Position numbers and translations under genes: made by a program. DNA of 64,000 nt from Candidatus Woesearchaeota archaeon (GTDB lineage: Archaea > Nanobdellota > Nanobdellia > Woesearchaeales > 21-14-0-10-32-9): positions 26,512 to 90,511 of the forward strand of contig JAIPET010000002.1 in assembly GCA_021736975.1 (NCBI GenBank), written 5' to 3'. The stretch's first letter is position 1. Every line of letters starts with the position of its first letter. The notes below the pieces were generated by a model. The model was given only the letters and a program-made list of their open reading frames with translations. It made no database searches and had not been told where the DNA came from. Positions 57,278-64,000 of this stretch are shown here, piece after piece.

Positions 57278-59068
57278 ATGTGCGGAATAATAGGTTTTAA
57301 TTGGGAAGATAAACATTTACTGAAAAAATGTATGATTAAGATAAATCACAGAGGACCAAATCAAAATGGAACATATATAGATAAAAATATTTCTCTAGGT
57401 CATCTGAGATTAAGTATTCTTGATTTAAGTATTAATGGAAAACAACCTATGATTTTTGAAGATTTTGTAATATCATATAATGGAGAAATATATAATTTTA
57501 AAGAAATCAAAAAAAAATTAGAAAAAAAATATAGGTTTCAATCCCAAACAGATACAGAAGTCATACTCTACGCATATTATGAATGGGGAGATGAGTGTTT
57601 TGAGAAATTTAACGGTATGTTTTCAATAGCCCTATGGAATAGAAAAAATAAAGAATTAATATTAACAAGAGACAGAAGTGGAATAAAACCTCTTTATTAT
57701 TACCATAAAAAAGACAAATTCATTTTTTCCTCAGAAATAAAAGGATTCATTAATTTGATTCCTAAAAAAATAAATCATGAAGCGCTCAATAGATATTTTT
57801 CATTAAGATATTCTCCCGGAGAACAAACAGTTATAACTGATGTAAAAAAAATACTTCCTGGACAAATATTAAAGTATAAAAAAAATAAAATAGAATTTAG
57901 TACACAACCACACAATAATAAAAAAGAATATAAATTTTTTAAAAATGCATTTAAAGAATTAGACTCAGAACTTAAAAAAACCATGAAACGTCAAATGATA
58001 AGTGATGTGCCCGTGGGTGCTTTTCTATCTGGAGGCTTAGATTCAAGTTTAATGGTTAGCTTAATGAACAAATCAAAAGATAAACCAATAAAAACATTTT
58101 CTGTAAATTTTGATGATGAGGATTATGGCGAAGGAAAATACAGCAGAATCATGGCAGAAAGCATAGGTACAGAACACAAAGAACTAACAGTAAATAAATC
58201 AGCTTCTGATATTATAAAAAAAGTATGTTGGCATTTAGATGAACCTTTAGGAGATGCCGCATGCATTCCAACATATATGATGAGTGAGGAAACTTCAAAA
58301 TATGTGAAAGTTGTTCTTTCAGGAGATGGTTCTGATGAATTATTTGGAGGATATCCAAAATATAAAAAATTAAAAATTAAAAATACAATGAATCCTGTTT
58401 TTAAATTTGCAGGAAATATTATTCCAAATTCTAACACTAAGAATCGTTTCATAAAAAAAATAATAAGAACTGCAAAGAGCCCTAATAAACCACATACAGA
58501 CTATTGGATTTATCATGAAATATACACATTAAATGAGAGAAAAAATATTTTAAAAGGACAAATTTATGAAAAACCATATAATTTTTACAAACACACTATT
58601 GGAAAAAGCAAATATATAGATAAAATAATGGCCATAGATTATTCTGAATGGTTGCCTAATGATCTTATGTTAAAAACAGATAAAATGACTATGGCTCATT
58701 CTTTAGAATCAAGAGTGCCGTATTTAGACAACAACATCATAAATATTGCTAGAAGAATTCCTTTTAAGTGGAAATATAGAGGAAATAAAGAAAAATATAT
58801 ATTAAAAAAAATAGCAAGAAACAAAATTCCTGAAGAAATAATAAAAAGAAAGAAACAAGGATTCAACATACCTTTAAAGTCCTGGCTAAATAATGGTTTA
58901 TATGATATTTTCGAACAATCTTTAAGAGAAAATAACATAAAAATAATATCAAAATATGAGGCTAGAAAGATACTTGAAAGAACCAAGAAAAAAAATCCCC
59001 AAGATCAACATTTCTGGACATTATTTATGTTTCAACAATGGTATGATCAATTTATGGAGCAACAATAA
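57278..59068 (+). CDS. asnB: Asparagine synthase family amidotransferase, second paralog
   Basis: MCGIIGF N-terminus and PP-loop SGGLDSS. Confidence 0.8.
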   Translation: MCGIIGFNWEDKHLLKKCMIKINHRGPNQNGTYIDKNISLGHLRLSILDLSINGKQPMIFEDFVISYNGEIYNFKEIKKKLEKKYRFQSQTDTEVILYAYYEWGDECFEKFNGMFSIALWNRKNKELILTRDRSGIKPLYYYHKKDKFIFSSEIKGFINLIPKKINHEALNRYFSLRYSPGEQTVITDVKKILPGQILKYKKNKIEFSTQPHNNKKEYKFFKNAFKELDSELKKTMKRQMISDVPVGAFLSGGLDSSLMVSLMNKSKDKPIKTFSVNFDDEDYGEGKYSRIMAESIGTEHKELTVNKSASDIIKKVCWHLDEPLGDAACIPTYMMSEETSKYVKVVLSGDGSDELFGGYPKYKKLKIKNTMNPVFKFAGNIIPNSNTKNRFIKKIIRTAKSPNKPHTDYWIYHEIYTLNERKNILKGQIYEKPYNFYKHTIGKSKYIDKIMAIDYSEWLPNDLMLKTDKMTMAHSLESRVPYLDNNIINIARRIPFKWKYRGNKEKYILKKIARNKIPEEIIKRKKQGFNIPLKSWLNNGLYDIFEQSLRENNIKIISKYEARKILERTKKKNPQDQHFWTLFMFQQWYDQFMEQQ

Positions 59069-61140
59069 TGAAGTCTACAAATCCAAAGATATCAATAATT
59101 GTTGCAGTACACAATGGAGAGAAATACATAGATAGATGTATAAAATCACTCATAAATCAAACATATAAAAATTATGAATTACTAATTGTTGATGATGGCT
59201 CAACAGATAATAGCAGATTAATTATAAAAAAATATACACAAAAGTATAAAAAAATATCTTTAATTAAAAATGATAAAAATGAAGGACTAGCACGTTCTTT
59301 AAATAAAGGTATAAAAAAAGCAAAAGGAAAATATATTGCTAGAATAGATATTGATGATATTTGTCTTAAAAATAGATTTAAAAAACAAGTAATTTTTTTA
59401 GAAAATCATAAAAATGTTTTTTTAACTGCTGGACAAGCATACAACATAAATAAAAATGGAGAATGTATCGGTATTACAAGAAAGTTTTCTGACAGTGAAA
59501 ATTTAAAAAATGAATTACTTAAAGATAATTGCATAATTCATCCTACAATAATCTTTAGAAATGATGGAAAGACATTCTACCGAGAAAAGTTTACAACCAG
59601 TCAAGATTATGATTTATATTTAAGATTGTTATCTAGAAATAAAATACTAGCGCATTTAAACGAACCTGTCATAAAATATGATATATCATCAGGAAATGAC
59701 AGATTATCAAAAAAGCTTAAGCAAAAAACATATACTCTTCTCGCCAAGCAGTTTTTCAAGGAAAGATTGAAGAATTATAAAGACACATATGAAAAAACAG
59801 ACTTCGAAATAATTAAAACGTTATCGAAATACAAGATCAACATAAAGAGATTAATAAGCAAATATGCAGAAGACATAATAACTGATGCATTAAAAGAAGC
59901 TGATTTAAAAACAGTAAATGCTCATCTAAAGCACGTTATAGGATACAAACTAGCAGTTTTTAAAATTCTTCTAAAATTTCCTTTTTTGTATAATTTATAT
60001 TCTATGATTGTTTACAAGAAAAAGATCTTAAGAAATTTAGGAGTTATATTTAGTTTTGGAATATCTATAGAAGACTGGAAAAAATCAGGAATCTTAAATA
60101 GAGAATTAAAAATATATGAAAGATTTATTGTGGAAGACATATACGACAAGATATATCTATTCACCTATGATTCTAAGAACATAATTGAATTAAATAAAGA
60201 ACTTTTTAGAAATATTGTGGTGGTGCCAAAACCAAAGATTTTCAAAGGGCACTTAGGAAACATTATTTATTCCGCTGTTTTGCCATTAATTCATCACAGA
60301 AAAATAAAAAAATGTAGCGTACTTAAAACAAATCAGCTTTCATCATTTTTGCCAGCTATAATATCAAAAATAATTTTTAATAAAAATTTTATATTTAGAA
60401 CAGGTTATACTTCTTCATTAAATTCAAAAATAGGAGATAAAAAAATTAAATATTTGTTCGATTCCCTAAGGGAATTCTTAACATACAAGCTAGCAAAAGT
60501 CTCTATTGTAACCTCAGAAAATCAAAAAAAATATGTAGAAAATAAATATTCTGTAAAAAATGTGAACATAATTCCTAATTATGTGGATACAAATATTTTC
60601 AAACATATATCTTTCAAAGCAAAGAAAGATTTAGTGTATGTTGGAAGATTATCTGAAGAAAAAAACCTCCTAAATATGATATCTGCTGTAGGTAGACTAG
60701 ACAAATCTTTAGATATTTATGGTTCCGGACCTCAAGAGGAGAGGATATTAAATTATATAAAAAAAATGAATTTTCGTAACATAAACTTGAAAGGTAATAT
60801 TGAAAATTCGAAAATACCCAAAATTTTGAAAAAATATAAAGTTTATATCCAAACATCATTTTATGAAGGGAATCCTAAGACCATATTAGAAGCTATGGCC
60901 TGTGGAAAATGTTGTTTAGCCACAAATGTCCAGGGCATAAAAGAAGTTTTGATTCATAAAGAAACAGGTTATTTGACAGAAACATCTTCGGAAAGTATAA
61001 AAAAGGGGATAGAATATCTATTTAAAAACGATAAAATAATTACATCAATAGGGCTACAAGCAAGACAGCAAATATTAAGACACAACTCTTTAAATAAAAT
61101 ATTTGAAAAAGAGGTTAAAATTCATGAAAAATTCAATTAA
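59068..61140 (+). CDS. Bifunctional glycosyltransferase: N-terminal GT2 domain fused to a C-terminal GT4 domain
   Basis: ISIIVAVHNGEKYIDRCIKSLINQTY and DDGSTD (GT2) at the N-terminus; EGNPKTILEAMACGKCCLATNVQG (GT4) at the C-terminus. 690 aa. Confidence 0.7.
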   Translation: MKSTNPKISIIVAVHNGEKYIDRCIKSLINQTYKNYELLIVDDGSTDNSRLIIKKYTQKYKKISLIKNDKNEGLARSLNKGIKKAKGKYIARIDIDDICLKNRFKKQVIFLENHKNVFLTAGQAYNINKNGECIGITRKFSDSENLKNELLKDNCIIHPTIIFRNDGKTFYREKFTTSQDYDLYLRLLSRNKILAHLNEPVIKYDISSGNDRLSKKLKQKTYTLLAKQFFKERLKNYKDTYEKTDFEIIKTLSKYKINIKRLISKYAEDIITDALKEADLKTVNAHLKHVIGYKLAVFKILLKFPFLYNLYSMIVYKKKILRNLGVIFSFGISIEDWKKSGILNRELKIYERFIVEDIYDKIYLFTYDSKNIIELNKELFRNIVVVPKPKIFKGHLGNIIYSAVLPLIHHRKIKKCSVLKTNQLSSFLPAIISKIIFNKNFIFRTGYTSSLNSKIGDKKIKYLFDSLREFLTYKLAKVSIVTSENQKKYVENKYSVKNVNIIPNYVDTNIFKHISFKAKKDLVYVGRLSEEKNLLNMISAVGRLDKSLDIYGSGPQEERILNYIKKMNFRNINLKGNIENSKIPKILKKYKVYIQTSFYEGNPKTILEAMACGKCCLATNVQGIKEVLIHKETGYLTETSSESIKKGIEYLFKNDKIITSIGLQARQQILRHNSLNKIFEKEVKIHEKFN

Positions 61141-61771
61141 AAAAATAAGACAAAAACTAAAGTTGAAATTAGGAATATATATGTACAATAAAGGATATGT
61201 TTGGATATCAAATTCAGTTGTGAAATTAAATAATGGCATTCATCCAAAACATGAAATAATGAAATATCATGATTTCTTTATAAATAACATTTCTGATAAA
61301 GATAAAGTGCTAGATGTTGGTTGCGGAAATGGGGATGTAGCACATAGCATATCTAAAAAAGCAAAATATGTTTTAGGCATAGATATTGAAAAAGGAAGAA
61401 TCGTTGAAGCTAAAAAAAGATATAAAAAACAAAATCTTTCCTATATCTTCGGGGATGCTACAAAGTATAAATTCAAAGAAAAATTCGATGTAATAGTTCT
61501 TAGCAATGTTTTGGAACACATAAAAGAAAGAACTGTTTTTCTGAATAAACTCAGCACCATAGCACCAAAAATATTAATAAGAGTTCCTCTAATCACCAGA
61601 AGCTGGTTGCCTCCCTATTTAAAATCTATAAAAAAAGAGTATAGACTAGATCCTACTCATTTCGTAGAATACACAGAAGATCAAATAGAAGAAGAGATAA
61701 AAAAAGCAGGATTAAAAATAAAAGGACAATATGTAAAATGGGGAGAATGGTATGGAGTCTGCGAAAAATAA
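61103..61771 (+). CDS. Class I SAM-dependent methyltransferase
   Basis: Motif I VLDVGCGNGDVA, and post-motif DVIVLSNVLEHI. Confidence 0.7.
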   Translation: MKKRLKFMKNSIKKIRQKLKLKLGIYMYNKGYVWISNSVVKLNNGIHPKHEIMKYHDFFINNISDKDKVLDVGCGNGDVAHSISKKAKYVLGIDIEKGRIVEAKKRYKKQNLSYIFGDATKYKFKEKFDVIVLSNVLEHIKERTVFLNKLSTIAPKILIRVPLITRSWLPPYLKSIKKEYRLDPTHFVEYTEDQIEEEIKKAGLKIKGQYVKWGEWYGVCEK

Positions 61772-62729
61772 TAACGTTTCATTTGTAATTGCAGTATATG
61801 GAATTAAATATAGCGGAATGCTTTTAACATTGTTATATTCAATCAAAGTATCAAATCCTGAAGCTAACACATATGTCATTTTTCAAGATATCGATGAAGA
61901 TACAATTAAAATATTAAAAACTAAATTCAAAAGATGTCACTTCATAAAAACCAAATTTGATTTTTCTAAAAACAAAATAGAACGAATATCTAGTAAAACA
62001 TTGATGTGGTTTACCGCCATAAAATTAATACCTAAAGAGAATTTGTGCTTCTTAGATGTTGATACCTTAGTTTTAAAAGATATTTCCGGCGTATTTAAAA
62101 AAGACTTTGATGTAGGTTTTACGTACAAGAATGAGCACTACCCATTAAATACAGGTGTGCTTTTTATTAAAAGAAATAGAAAAACAATTAAGTTCTTTAA
62201 TGAATGGAAAAATCAAACTTTTAATATAATAAAGAACAAAGAGCTATTTGACATTGCTAATTCTAAAGAATGGCCTTATGGTGGTTCTGATCAAATGTCA
62301 TTCTACAAATTAATAGATTATAAAAAAGATTTAAAAACATATGAATTAAAAATGAATAAAATAAAACTATGCGCCTTCGAATGTAGCGAGTATAATGTTA
62401 CAAAATCTAAAAAAATTAATGAAAAGCAAAAAATCATTCATTATAAAGGAGGCTGGCAAAGAGTTTTATTAGAAAATAAAACATTTACTAAGTATAGGTC
62501 TCTTAAAGATTCTAAAGAGATGTATTTTAAATATCTAACAACATATTTGACTGCAATTGAATATATTAGCAACAAAAAAATGTTTCGTTTGGCGATACCT
62601 GCATGGGCAGACACCAAAAAAAGAAAAATAAATATGATATTGTATGGATTAGATAAACTGTTAGAAAATGTTGTTTTTATAGGTAATACTTTTAGAAGAA
62701 TACTTATGAAACGCACTTCAAAATTGTGA
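61752..62729 (+). CDS. Putative GT-A nucleotide-diphospho-sugar transferase with a DxD motif (GT8 / capsule-transferase-like)
   Basis: LDVDTLVL DxD motif in a ~250-aa alpha/beta domain. Confidence 0.4.
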   Translation: MESAKNNNVSFVIAVYGIKYSGMLLTLLYSIKVSNPEANTYVIFQDIDEDTIKILKTKFKRCHFIKTKFDFSKNKIERISSKTLMWFTAIKLIPKENLCFLDVDTLVLKDISGVFKKDFDVGFTYKNEHYPLNTGVLFIKRNRKTIKFFNEWKNQTFNIIKNKELFDIANSKEWPYGGSDQMSFYKLIDYKKDLKTYELKMNKIKLCAFECSEYNVTKSKKINEKQKIIHYKGGWQRVLLENKTFTKYRSLKDSKEMYFKYLTTYLTAIEYISNKKMFRLAIPAWADTKKRKINMILYGLDKLLENVVFIGNTFRRILMKRTSKL

Positions 62730-62734
62730 TTTAA

Positions 62735-64000
62735 ATGAATAGAATATATGTTATAAATAAACTACTGAAATTATTTAGTTGGAAGAACACAGACTATCTT
62801 GAAATAGGCATAAGAAGAGGGGAAACTCTTGCACGAATAGAAGCCACGTACAAAATAGGAGTTGATCCTAATCCTCAAATTAACAAAATAGATGGGAAAT
62901 ATAAACTCGATTATAATAATACAAAAATTTTAAAATTGACAAGCGACGAATTTTTTAAAAACAACAAAAATTATTTTGACGTTATATTTATAGATGGGTT
63001 GCATCTGTATGAACAAGCCATGAAAGACATATTAAATGCTTTAAATTTTTTAAAAAAAGGTGGCTTTATAATAGTGCATGATTGCAATCCACTTACAAAA
63101 AAAGCAGCAAGTAGAAAACAAACAGAAGGTGTTTGGAATGGTGATGTTTGGAAATGCATATATGATATATCAAAAAATTATGAAAAGCAACTTGATTATT
63201 TTGTTTTAAACTCAGATTTTGGACTGGGCATAATTACAAAAAAAGATAATTCTAAGTTTATACCTTCATTTAATAAAGAAATTATAAAACTAGATTACAA
63301 TTATTTGAATAAAAATAAATCTTTTTTAAAGCTAAAAAACAAATATTATTTCAAAACATATGTATCTAAGAATTATTTAAATATAAAAAAATATTACACG
63401 ACAGGAATAGTCGCAGTTTACGATTATGAGCCGATGGATTGTATTCTTTACAAGGAAAGTTTATCCAGCGCATTCAATGCATGTGATAAATTAATTATTG
63501 TTTATGGAGGCAATTTACGAAAGGATAATAAATCTCCTGTTCTTGATTACTTAAAAAAAACAAAAAACAGATTTTTAATTTTGTATTATAATTGGCCAAA
63601 AGAGTACAATTGGACACAATTTGCAAAATCTTACGAATACGGGAAAAGCCATATCGATTCAAAGTGGGGATTCTTTTTTACCTGTGACGAAATATTTTCT
63701 CCTAAATTCAAATTAATAAAATGGTTCATCAAATATATACCAAACCATATATGGTATATCAACATAATTAGATTGTTTTTAACTTCTAAAAAAACAGGAT
63801 CTAAGTATAATTCTAAAAGAATATATTTTAGAAATAAAGACGAAATAAATTTCGGAATTATATCAGCTGATGAACCTGTAAACTCCAATTATAGAGATTT
63901 TGGTAGAATAATAAATATAACAAAATGGCGCAAAAAACACAAATATATCCATATAAATGAAAAAATGAACCACTTCAACATTATTAAAAATGCAAGAAAA
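62735..64000 (+). CDS. Methyltransferase-like protein (Methyltransf_24/CmcI-like N-domain) with a C-terminal extension; the ORF runs off the window end
   Basis: Not in the ORF track because no stop occurs before the window edge, but the frame is open for 422 codons from the ATG at 62735. The N-domain contains DVIFIDGLH ... GGFIIVHD. Confidence 0.5.
   Translation, partial: MNRIYVINKLLKLFSWKNTDYLEIGIRRGETLARIEATYKIGVDPNPQINKIDGKYKLDYNNTKILKLTSDEFFKNNKNYFDVIFIDGLHLYEQAMKDILNALNFLKKGGFIIVHDCNPLTKKAASRKQTEGVWNGDVWKCIYDISKNYEKQLDYFVLNSDFGLGIITKKDNSKFIPSFNKEIIKLDYNYLNKNKSFLKLKNKYYFKTYVSKNYLNIKKYYTTGIVAVYDYEPMDCILYKESLSSAFNACDKLIIVYGGNLRKDNKSPVLDYLKKTKNRFLILYYNWPKEYNWTQFAKSYEYGKSHIDSKWGFFFTCDEIFSPKFKLIKWFIKYIPNHIWYINIIRLFLTSKKTGSKYNSKRIYFRNKDEINFGIISADEPVNSNYRDFGRIINITKWRKKHKYIHINEKMNHFNIIKNARK

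Noticed and set aside
1-64000. rRNA genes, RNase P or SRP RNA
   Set aside because: No stretch shows the conserved cores of these RNAs. All sizeable non-coding gaps are AT-rich promoter regions or the repeats reported above.

Overview
The window is very AT-rich, roughly 70% A+T by eye. It reads like a small-genome archaeon, most plausibly a DPANN-type lineage (Woese-/Pacearchaeota-like). The evidence is a Sec11-type archaeal signal peptidase, an Nmd3-like protein, a Hel308-type helicase, an archaeal Dus, and TATA-like boxes about 25-30 nt upstream of apparently leaderless starts. There are three tRNAs (Thr, Ile, Pro) and no rRNA or CRISPR array.

Gene order, left to right:
- the 3' end of a glycogen-debranching-like gene, a radical SAM enzyme, and a decayed MazEF-like toxin-antitoxin (TA) pair;
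- an AI-2E transporter, a YhgE/Pip-like ABC-2 permease with its ATPase, and a minus-strand MacB-type ABC operon (wHTH regulator, ATPase, surface protein, two FtsX permeases);
- a MITE-like inverted-repeat element, tRNA-Thr, a CYTH protein, a DUF212 protein, and a MoxR/DUF58/vWA triad;
- a ~14-kb unidirectional block of secreted or membrane-anchored proteins, including a 1275-aa and a 1066-aa LamG protein, headed by two tiny tandem RHH genes;
- tRNA-Ile, thymidine kinase, a Hel308-like helicase lacking its N-terminal RecA1 half, an Nmd3-like protein, signal peptidase, a flavodoxin-like NQO, tRNA-Pro, Dus, and a second radical SAM;
- a 990-aa surface protein, then pseudogenised bacterial-type DinD-like and ORF6N-like genes and a RelE/ParE-RHH TA pair, all preceded by a shared ~105-nt promoter module with a GTCAAC-N-TTGAC palindrome;
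- a long plus-strand glycan-biosynthesis operon continuing past the window end (epimerase, GT-C, GT2, GT4s, two AsnB paralogs, a GT2-GT4 fusion, methyltransferases).

The most interesting items are the twin RHH genes translationally coupled to a giant surface protein, the surface-protein locus as a whole, the shared palindromic operator linking a TA antitoxin promoter to decaying mobile genes, the split helicase, and the MITE-like element.
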